From the IMG/VR virus record IMGVR_UViG_3300037258_000147, positions 1 through 64,000 of that record: a stretch of DNA of 64,000 nucleotides; one strand, 5' to 3'. Positions 49,579 through 56,050 of the stretch are shown here, piece after piece. Made by a program: the position numbers and the translations under genes. Within the stretch, counting starts at the first letter, position 1. The number at the start of each line of letters is the position of its first letter. The DNA comes from a virus. A model generated the notes under the pieces. That model had not been told where the DNA came from. It saw only the letters and a program-made list of their open reading frames with translations, and did no database searches.

Positions 49579-50232
49579 TTACAGACGGTTGATAACAAAT
49601 TCGGTCAATGTTAGGGAAGCCCCAATAGTAGTAGCCCAAGTAAACGTCGGGAAGAAGTTTAGGTCGGACGATCCTACGGAAGTAATGCTGGCAGTCGTAA
49701 TTGCTCCGGTTCTTGTTGCCCCGATGGAATAGAACACGGGAAGATTGGCCGAATTCAATTGCTGCGAAGCCGAATCCCAGATAAGCTGAGTCGTGAAACT
49801 GAAATTGGTGGAAACGGAGGTACTAACCGTAGTTGCCCCAGCCGAAGATACACCATTAATTCCAGTACCGCTTGGACCGTGAGTCAACAACTGAGCATAT
49901 GTTGAAGACGTAACTCCGCTGGTAAGAACCGCATTGGACGCCTGATACAGCTTAACGGTTAGTGTGCTGGTTCCCGCTGGTCCGGTTACTTTACCGGCAA
50001 TCTTAACTTCAAACGGGTGACCATCAAATTCTCCGCCCGCAATATCAGGAGAAACTCCCTGCCACAAGACTACGGGGTAGGTTGAAGTTCCTAGGGGGAG
50101 AGTAGGAGAAGGAAGTCCCGGGTAGTATCCGGAAGTGTTAGGAGCAAGCAGTGCTGTTTCTGTCAGTCCGGAGTATTGAGACAGCGGAACTGGGTAACTG
50201 TAAATGCCGACTACGGTGTCTTGGCGTGCCAT
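49579..50232 (-). CDS. putative virion structural/decoration protein (paralogue of 27100-27777)
   Basis: start MARQD; FDGHPFEVKIAG, IWDSAS, LTLTEF. Confidence 0.6.
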   Translation of the reverse strand: MARQDTVVGIYSYPVPLSQYSGLTETALLAPNTSGYYPGLPSPTLPLGTSTYPVVLWQGVSPDIAGGEFDGHPFEVKIAGKVTGPAGTSTLTVKLYQASNAVLTSGVTSSTYAQLLTHGPSGTGINGVSSAGATTVSTSVSTNFSFTTQLIWDSASQQLNSANLPVFYSIGATRTGAITTASITSVGSSDLNFFPTFTWATTIGASLTLTEFVINRL

Positions 50233-50395
50233 TTTTATTATCCTTTGTGGGGTTTTTGACCGACTTGAAGAAGGGGCTCGGCCTGCCCCACGGTGGTGCA
50301 AAACGCCCGCATACTGGGGGCTAATATTTTGTCCACAAAAATGGACAATGTTGTATTGCAAAACTCTAGTTTTAAGGGGGTTTTGTTATGGAAGA

Positions 50396-50470
50396 TGGAG
50401 CGAAGCAGGGGAATCCGACCCCTTTCTCTGGTTTGGAAGACCAGGGCAACAAGCAATATACCAGCTTCGC
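50396..50470 (-). tRNA. tRNA-Gly(TCC)
   Basis: cloverleaf, loop CTTCCAA, CCA end. Confidence 0.85.
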
Positions 50471-50474
50471 AAAT

Positions 50475-50553
50475 TGGTCCCCGAAGGGTGAATTGAACAC
50501 CCGATCTTTCGATTATCGGTCGAATGCTTTAAGCCAACTAAGCTATTCGGGGA
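50475..50553 (-). tRNA. tRNA-Ile(GAT)
   Basis: loop CCGATAA, CCA end. Confidence 0.85.
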
Positions 50554-50631
50554 TGGTACCAGAGACTGGATTCGAACCAGTGAAATTTTCTTTGTAGGAG
50601 AAACGGTTTAGACCACTCACACCACTCTGGC
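50554..50631 (-). tRNA. tRNA-Val(TAC)
   Basis: loop CCTACAA, CCA end. Confidence 0.85.
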
Positions 50632-50636
50632 AAATA

Positions 50637-50712
50637 TGGTGCTCTCGGCTAGGCTCGAACTAGCATATCCATTTACGGTACTTACCTTCGGAGGGTAAGC
50701 CGATACGGGAGC
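50637..50712 (-). tRNA. D-armless tRNA-like RNA, anticodon CCG (Arg)
   Basis: acceptor stem, 6-nt linker, anticodon loop CTCCGAA, T arm, CCA; no D arm. Confidence 0.65.
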
Positions 50713-50720
50713 AAAATTTT

Positions 50721-50810
50721 TACAGCGGGCCAATGCAATCCAGAACTCGTCAGTTCTTCGTGCCCCTAAGTCGTTAGACATGGACCATTGAATTATGCGC
50801 CCCCGCTGTA
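50721..50810 (-). ncRNA. unidentified structured RNA
   Basis: closing stem TACAGCGGG/CCCGCTGTA with internal hairpins. Confidence 0.5.
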
Positions 50811-50813
50811 ACT

Positions 50814-50889
50814 TGGAACCGCTGGCCAGACTCGAACTGGCATCTCCTCTTACTCTGTCTCGTTTAGGAAACGAGTGAGATACAGCGGC
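50814..50889 (-). tRNA. D-armless tRNA-like RNA, anticodon CCT (Arg)
   Basis: acceptor GCCGCTG/CAGCGGT, loop TTCCTAA, T arm, CCA; no D arm. Confidence 0.65.
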
Positions 50890-50893
50890 AAAA

Positions 50894-50969
50894 TGGAGGC
50901 CCCGGAGAGATTCAAACTCCCGACCAATCGGGTAGAAACCGATGACTCTGTTCACTGAGTTACGAGGCC
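50894..50969 (-). tRNA. tRNA-Arg(TCT)
   Basis: loop TTTCTAC, CCA end. Confidence 0.9.
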
Positions 50970-50973
50970 GAAA

Positions 50974-51486
50974 TTAATAAGTTCTAAGAAGTCTAATGAT
51001 TTGGGCAGAGTCGGCGAACTTTATCCATTCCCCTTCAGCTAGGTGAACATCAAATCTTTCTAGTAGCCCCTTTTCTGCGGAGCGTCTATCCAAACAAAAC
51101 TCGTAGTTCTTGATGTAAAAAGCCTTATGCGGATCGTAGGTTTGATACGAAGCAAGCCTATCCTCAGTGTCAACCGTCATTCCAATCTTCAAATAATCTG
51201 GCCATGTCGGGTTGGCAATGATGTAGACTTGGCCTTCTTTGCAATCTTTCGGCTTGCATCCTCTGGAGAATTTCAATTTTAGTAAATTTAAGCCGTGTAT
51301 CTTCCTAGCCAAATTATAATCAAATTTTTTATTTCCTCCGATGCTCAAAGTTCCGTAAACTTTAACAGACTCAGATATCATCTCTTCTGTTATATCAAAA
51401 GCAGAATATGGAGGTATTATACCGCGTTCGGACAGAATTTCTATCGTCTTTAGGCTTTTTTCACTAGGATTGCTCAAAGGACTCAT
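50974..51486 (-). CDS. GIY-YIG superfamily (T5orf172/MUG113-like) protein
   Basis: GQVYII...YLKIGMT...RLASYQT...E...GEW. Confidence 0.8.
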   Translation of the reverse strand: MSPLSNPSEKSLKTIEILSERGIIPPYSAFDITEEMISESVKVYGTLSIGGNKKFDYNLARKIHGLNLLKLKFSRGCKPKDCKEGQVYIIANPTWPDYLKIGMTVDTEDRLASYQTYDPHKAFYIKNYEFCLDRRSAEKGLLERFDVHLAEGEWIKFADSAQIIRLLRTY

Positions 51487-51515
51487 CCCTTTTCTAAAGT
51501 TAAACCAACTAGAAT

Positions 51516-51589
51516 TGGTACCTCGCTAGAGAATCGAACTCTATCCAACCGGGGTAAAAACCCGATATGCACCATCACACTCACGAGGC
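51516..51589 (-). tRNA. tRNA-Lys(TTT)
   Basis: loop TTTTTAC, CCA end. Confidence 0.8.
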
Positions 51590-51872
51590 GTCTTTTATCA
51601 CTCTCGGATTTTGGTGTCATAACTGCTTCTCAGCCAACTAGGTAGTCCGTGGTTTTTAATCCCTGTTCGATACGGAACGCTTCATTCCGTTTCCACGTCT
51701 TGCTTATCGACCAACCTAATAGCCTAATCAAACAATATTGAAATTTTGAACCGGAGAAAGCTGTACCATCGTTTGTCCCAAACAAAATTACATGGGCCGG
51801 ATCAGCCACAGACCCTCTCCAAAATATTCTTGCCTGCGTTGGTCCTGTGTACATTTTTAACTACTCCTAAAA

Positions 51873-51947
51873 TGGTGGGTTGCCAGATAATCGAAATCTG
51901 TTCTTCCGGGTAAGAACCGGATGCTTCGCCAGCAAAGCTTGCAACCC
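51873..51947 (-). tRNA. tRNA-Lys(CTT)
   Basis: loop TTCTTAC, CCA end. Confidence 0.85.
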
Positions 51948-51953
51948 GTTAAC

Positions 51954-52394
51954 TTACGGTATTGTGGTTACGGTAACAGTAACTGTTGTAGTAGTTCCAC
52001 TTGGGGTAGAAGGAACGCCTGGAGTTCCGGGGACTACTACGAAAGCTGGAGCAGAAGAACCGCTTACTGCCGATGCTTGTTGAGTTTGAACTACGTAACA
52101 ATAACTCGTTCCTGATGTTACGGATGAATCGACATATGCGGTTGCCTGCGGAGCAGAAACCCCAACTGAAGAATAAGACGACGCAGTTAGTGGGCAAGTT
52201 GTTCCGGTAACTGGGGTTTTAGAAACCAGAAAAGTACAAGGTGCCGAAGTGCTGCATCCGGACCAACCAGGGGAAGCAGCAGGAACTGTCCAACTCAAAT
52301 TAACCTGAAAAGAAGTCTGAGTTATCTGAGACTCGGCAGAACTTCCAAACACCAGCAGTCCAGCAAAAACCACAAACAGGAATATCTTCTTCAC
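51954..52394 (-). CDS. secreted fibronectin type III-like protein
   Basis: GTG start, signal peptide, VNLSWT...YVDSSVTSGTSYCYVV. Confidence 0.75.
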   Translation of the reverse strand: MKKIFLFVVFAGLLVFGSSAESQITQTSFQVNLSWTVPAASPGWSGCSTSAPCTFLVSKTPVTGTTCPLTASSYSSVGVSAPQATAYVDSSVTSGTSYCYVVQTQQASAVSGSSAPAFVVVPGTPGVPSTPSGTTTTVTVTVTTIP

Positions 52395-52437
52395 GTGTTT
52401 TAGCCTTTCATGTCGTTCAAAATTCTTGAATATCGAA

Positions 52438-52529
52438 TGGTGGGCGACGAGGGAATCGAACCCGTCTGGCATCTCTCATCTAGAGACTACAGGGTTTATA
52501 AGGCCCCGCCCCGTCCTACGGCATCGCCC
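52438..52529 (-). tRNA. non-canonical tRNA, anticodon TAT (Ile)
   Basis: loop CTTATAA; 3-nt D loop, long variable arm, bulged T stem, CCA. Confidence 0.65.
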
Positions 52530-52550
52530 AAACTTGTCCATTTAATGGAC

Positions 52551-52621
52551 TGGTCCCGAAGCGTGGAATCAAACCACTCACCTGGTCTTATGAGAACCAG
52601 TGCTGAATCATCAGCCTCGGG
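52551..52621 (-). tRNA. short tRNA, anticodon CAT (Met or Ile2)
   Basis: loop CTCATAA; 71 nt with a 4-nt D loop; CCA. Confidence 0.7.
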
Positions 52622-52628
52622 TAAAACA

Positions 52629-52702
52629 TGGCAGGAGATGAAGGATTTGAACCCTCGAATCCCGGGTTGGAGCCGGGCGGTTTCCGTTAAGCCTAATCTC
52701 CC
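52629..52702 (-). tRNA. tRNA-Trp(CCA)
   Basis: loop CTCCAAC, CCA end. Confidence 0.85.
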
Positions 52703-53121
52703 AAAAGATACTCGGATGCATTTTTTAGTAGAGAAGGATCGTCCTTAAAATGACCAATCCCTAGATTGCAACTCCTGCACAACAATCCTCTTACTTTTCC
52801 CGTAAGATGATCGTGATCAACATGCAAAGGTTTGTCGTCTTTCTTACCACAAATCTTACAAATCCCATTCTGCTGCGAAAATAAGAATAGGTATTCCGCT
52901 CCCGTCATCCCATATCTATTTGCTATTTTATAGCTAGGATGTGCTTTGTTCCATTTGTTTGCTTTAGAAATATATTTTTCTATGTTTCTGAGATAATGTT
53001 CTCTACGATAGTCGGCCTGGCAATCTCGGCATTGTTTATGCCTTATCCCTCTCGCTTCATCTCTAAAAGCAAAATCTTGTTCTTCGTCTTTAGAAGTATG
53101 ACATTTAGAACAAATACTCAT
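52693..53121 (-). CDS. endonuclease VII-type homing endonuclease
   Basis: QNGICKICG...LHVDHDHLTGKVRGLLCRSCN; stop lies inside the 5' end of tRNA-Trp. Confidence 0.85.
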   Translation of the reverse strand: MSICSKCHTSKDEEQDFAFRDEARGIRHKQCRDCQADYRREHYLRNIEKYISKANKWNKAHPSYKIANRYGMTGAEYLFLFSQQNGICKICGKKDDKPLHVDHDHLTGKVRGLLCRSCNLGIGHFKDDPSLLKNASEYLLGD

Positions 53122-53136
53122 TTTATTATCAAGAAG

Positions 53137-53213
53137 TGGTAGCCCTAGTAGGATTCGAACCTACACTATGACTCGTTCGTAGCGAGTATGACTTTCCAGT
53201 TGCCGATAGGGCC
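53137..53213 (-). tRNA. tRNA-Arg(ACG)
   Basis: loop CTACGAA, CCA end. Confidence 0.85.
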
Positions 53214-53221
53214 GTAAAACT

Positions 53222-53295
53222 TGGTCTCCGAGCGGGGATTCAAACCCCGGACGCCGCGCCCCAAACGCGGAATGTTTTCACTACACTACTCAGAG
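53222..53295 (-). tRNA. tRNA-Pro(TGG)
   Basis: loop TTTGGGG, CCA end. Confidence 0.85.
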
Positions 53296-53300
53296 ATAAA

Positions 53301-53379
53301 TGGTGCGGGTGGCAGGATTTCAACCTGCGATCTCCTGTTCCCGAAACAGGCGCGTTAAGGCAAACTTCGCTACACCCAC
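53301..53379 (-). tRNA. tRNA-Pro(CGG)
   Basis: loop TTCGGGA, CCA end. Confidence 0.85.
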
Positions 53380-53390
53380 TTAAACTTTTC

Positions 53391-53485
53391 GGCCACGATA
53401 AAACTCTGTTCCCCCGCTTCCGACTAGGTTCGAACCTTCTGGGCGTTGGGTGTCTTGTTTTATCTTCGCTCTTTCGAACTAGGCC
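53391..53485 (-). ncRNA. unidentified structured RNA
   Basis: GGCC/GGCC and GATAAAAC/GTTTTATC stems; apical GGTTCGAACC. Confidence 0.5.
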
Positions 53486-53494
53486 AAAACTTTA

Positions 53495-53569
53495 TGGTGG
53501 ACTCGGGCGGACTTGAACCGCCATCGCGCAAGGCTTCAACATGCCGCTCTACATTGGAGCTACGAGTCC
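53495..53569 (-). tRNA. tRNA-Phe(GAA)
   Basis: loop TTGAAGC, CCA end. Confidence 0.85.
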
Positions 53570-53578
53570 GAATTTTGA

Positions 53579-53687
53579 TATACGACTTGAGGTCGCTGCG
53601 ACTCCCGTAGGGGCCACTCTTTCTTGTGGTGTCAGCCAAAGCAACCCGATAGACATCTGACAATGCCCGTCAAATTACTCCCGTATA
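53579..53687 (-). ncRNA. unidentified multibranch RNA
   Basis: TATACG/CGTATA closing stem; GTCAG/CTGAC, CCAC/GTGG and CCC/GGG arms. Confidence 0.5.
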
Positions 53688-53750
53688 AACTTGGTGGACC
53701 TGTTGTCATCCCTCCGCGCTTTCGCTACGCGGCCCTATGAGGGTTTACGA

Positions 53751-53826
53751 TGGTGGACCCGGAGGGATTGCAACCCTCAAAACTACATTGCAGGTGTAGT
53801 ATGATCGCATGTTTCATCACGGGCCC
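53751..53826 (-). tRNA. tRNA-Ala(TGC)
   Basis: loop CCTGCAA, G3:U70, CCA end. Confidence 0.85.
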
Positions 53827-54076
53827 GTTTAAATCCAGTATACATTCCATCTTTTGCTAGAAAATGTTCAAGATCGTGGCAATTAGGACACAAAATTTCC
53901 AAATTGGACGGATCATTATTTGCGTGACTACGATCCTTATGGTGAACCTTCAAAATTCCAACTTGTTCATCATATCCGCATCGATTGCATTTCGAGGGAT
54001 AGTTTCTTCTTGCAATTTCCCGATAAGTCCCCTCTGGGGGGGGGGGGGGCGACCACCGAAGCAAGATATCCACCAT
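53783..54076 (-). CDS. HNH endonuclease (possibly N-terminally disrupted)
   Basis: CNRCG...VHHKD...NNDPSNLEILCPNCH; G14 run at 54036-54049. Confidence 0.7.
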   Translation of the reverse strand: MVDILLRWSPPPPPEGTYREIARRNYPSKCNRCGYDEQVGILKVHHKDRSHANNDPSNLEILCPNCHDLEHFLAKDGMYTGFKRARDETCDHTTPAM

Positions 54077-54150
54077 CTGTAGAACTTCTACGCTACAGAA
54101 CGTTCGTCACTCCAGAGTTTAGCATCCTCTGACACTTTCAAAAAGTCCCG

Positions 54151-54375
54151 CTGGTCCTCACCAATACCCGAGTCGAACGGGAAAGCGGGTTTGTCGCAGC
54201 CTACCATTAGAAGACGGTCCAAAGACCGGAGAGATTCGAACTCTCATTTACGACCCACATCAAGCCAGACATCCTATCCACTAGACGACGCTCCGACTCG
54301 GGGACTGTTTACTCGTGTTTGCATCCACGTCAGTCCTTGCTCAGAACGGGATGATTCGAACATCCGTCCTCTGGC
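54151..54375 (-). ncRNA. RNA with two circularly permuted tRNA-like domains (YrlA-like topology)
   Basis: T arm -> loop-closed acceptor stem -> D arm order, twice (54264-54375, 54185-54258), plus a third T-loop hairpin. Confidence 0.65.
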
Positions 54376-54379
54376 ACCT

Positions 54380-54455
54380 TGGAGGGAAGGGAGCGAGTCG
54401 AACGCTCTAAAGACATGATCCACAATCATGCGCCGCACCGTTTGGCTTCCAACCC
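54380..54455 (-). tRNA. tRNA-His(GTG), atypical acceptor
   Basis: loop TTGTGGA; two U.U mismatches in the acceptor stem, U73; CCA. Confidence 0.75.
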
Positions 54456-54674
54456 AATTTTTGTTGTCCATTTTATGGACTAAATTTGAGGACCAGACCG
54501 TTGGACACCTCGTTGCTTATTGCGGTCGGCTTGATCTCTTTTATGCGGAAGCCGAGTGGTAATCTTCCGCAGAGCCAAACTCACGGTGTAAATTTGTCGG
54601 TGCTCTCCCTGGTGTCACACCACTGGTTAGGCAAAAGGTATTAGCTCTGCTACCGGGCAAGGTGTCGCCCATTA

Positions 54675-54745
54675 TGGAGCCGATGTACGGAGTTCAACCG
54701 TCAGGAACTCTTTACAGGAGAGTGCCGCTTGCGAAGCACATCGGC
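54675..54745 (-). tRNA. tRNA-Thr(TGT), non-canonical
   Basis: loop CCTGTAA; 3-nt D loop, bulged T stem; CCA. Confidence 0.7.
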
Positions 54746-54830
54746 TAACTTTTCGGTGGTATCTTCCCTCAAACCCTGATACTAGGTCCCTCATCTGAGT
54801 CCTTGCAGACCCCAGCACCGATGAAATTCG

Positions 54831-54988
54831 AGTGATGACGAATCGGACTTGATACCGATTCCTACTTTCGCGGTTGCGCCGCTACCATGCCACTAGGGAA
54901 TCTCTTAATGTACACTCAGTTCTACCCCGGTAGGAGAAGCCCTAACACCTTCAAAGCTGCACGTCCATCCGTGCGGATCGTCATCACC
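54831..54988 (-). ncRNA. 158-nt tRNA-like RNA with large insertion
   Basis: 10-bp terminal stem, D-like arm GCACG/CGTGC, T-like arm ATCGG/CCGAT; begins just after a promoter. Confidence 0.55.
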
Positions 54989-54994
54989 AAATAC

Positions 54995-55023
54995 ATTGTC
55001 TCACAACTCTAAAAACTTGTCAA
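54995..55023 (-). promoter_or_regulatory. sigma70-type promoter within the tRNA array
   Basis: TTGACA-N17-GACAAT. Confidence 0.6.
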
Positions 55024-55035
55024 CCTAAATTTTGT

Positions 55036-55344
55036 CTAAATCGTATCGTTTTGTTCTAAAGACTCTAACAGCCACAAATCTACAGACAGTTGGGTCCGAT
55101 CTTCTTGGTACCCGATCTCCTGTCCATTTTCTGGAAGCAGTTTTTCCGCCAAGATTAGAGTTGGTTCTATTAAAGAATCTAACCAAGGGTAGTCTGTTCT
55201 GGCCCGATCAAGTTCGGCCATATCCGCTAAAATCAGATTGCCGCTGTCCATTTGTGAAAATATATCAGGAAGAGGCGGCGCTGGTTTTTGCGCTTTGTGG
55301 TGATGGAAGCCGAGGATCACATATAACAAACCTACTGAAATCAT
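55036..55344 (-). CDS. hypothetical membrane-anchored protein
   Basis: AAGGAAG RBS; MISVGLLYVILGF. Confidence 0.5.
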   Translation of the reverse strand: MISVGLLYVILGFHHHKAQKPAPPLPDIFSQMDSGNLILADMAELDRARTDYPWLDSLIEPTLILAEKLLPENGQEIGYQEDRTQLSVDLWLLESLEQNDTI

Positions 55345-55362
55345 AGCTTCCTTTTCAAAGAG

Positions 55363-55434
55363 AGGTCGAAGTCGGAACTGCCCCGACACCGTATCCATAC
55401 CAGGGATACATTCTTCTAGTTAAACTATTCGACC
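55363..55434 (-). tRNA. tRNA-Thr(GGT), no encoded CCA
   Basis: loop CTGGTAT; atypical T loop GGCAGTT. Confidence 0.7.
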
Positions 55435-55438
55435 AAAT

Positions 55439-55514
55439 TGGAGCACCTGACCGGAGTCGAACCGGTGACTTCCTCTTTACGGGAGAGGCGCTGTGCCGTC
55501 TGAGCCACAGGTGC
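55439..55514 (-). tRNA. tRNA-Thr(CGT)
   Basis: loop CCCGTAA, CCA end. Confidence 0.85.
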
Positions 55515-55547
55515 AGTAAGGTATCATAAAAGTGACCTTAAGTAGGT

Positions 55548-55571
55548 TAAGGTGTCATATATGACACCTTA
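55548..55571. repeat. perfect 24-bp palindrome
   Basis: TAAGGTGTCATATATGACACCTTA. Confidence 0.9.
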
Positions 55572-55727
55572 GTCCATTATATGGACTGAAATTTATGCCA
55601 ACTCGGTGGACGAAAGTTCGAGGGGGGTGTCTAATCGTCTACCTCTGGTCGCGACTAGTTCTAGGCCGCTGGCTGGAGCTTCTTCGCCTTATCACAGACC
55701 CTTATCCGCAAAAAGGTTGAATAGAAA

Positions 55728-55802
55728 TGGAGCGGGCGACGGGTCTTGCCCCCGCAACCTTTGCATTGGCAACGCAATGTTCTGCAATTGAACTACGCCC
55801 GC
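55728..55802 (-). tRNA. tRNA-Gly(GCC)
   Basis: loop TTGCCAA, CCA end. Confidence 0.85.
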
Positions 55803-55806
55803 GAAA

Positions 55807-55882
55807 TGGCAGGGAGTACAGGAATCGAACCTGTCTGGGTGGGTCCAAAGGCCACCGCCTGAAACCAATCGGCCAACTCCCT
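55807..55882 (-). tRNA. tRNA-Gln(TTG)
   Basis: loop CTTTGGA, CCA end. Confidence 0.8.
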
Positions 55883-55890
55883 GTAAAACT

Positions 55891-55964
55891 TGGCACCCCG
55901 TCGTGGATTCGAACCACGATACTCTGCTTCAGAAACAGAAGTCCTGCCGTTGAACGAACGGGGT
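55891..55964 (-). tRNA. tRNA-Gln(CTG)
   Basis: loop TTCTGAA, CCA end. Confidence 0.85.
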
Positions 55965-55969
55965 AAATT

Positions 55970-56044
55970 TGGCTCCTCCCCTCCGACTCGAACGGAGACC
56001 TTTTTGGTTAACTGCCAAAAGCAATGCCATTATGCTAGAGAGGA
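55970..56044 (-). tRNA. tRNA-Asn(GTT)
   Basis: loop CAGTTAA, CCA end. Confidence 0.8.
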
Positions 56045-56050
56045 ATAAAA

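Noticed and set aside
50721-50810. Hammerhead ribozyme (CTGACGAG present)
   Set aside because: The motif is buried in a simple hairpin, and no correctly placed GAAA/UH junction was found.
54036-54049. G14 tract as a phase-variation switch
   Set aside because: No upstream frame gives a convincing full-length gene, and poly-G is a common sequencing artefact; it needs read-level checking.
54831-54988. tmRNA
   Set aside because: Too short, no Ala acceptor identity or CCA, and no tag ORF.
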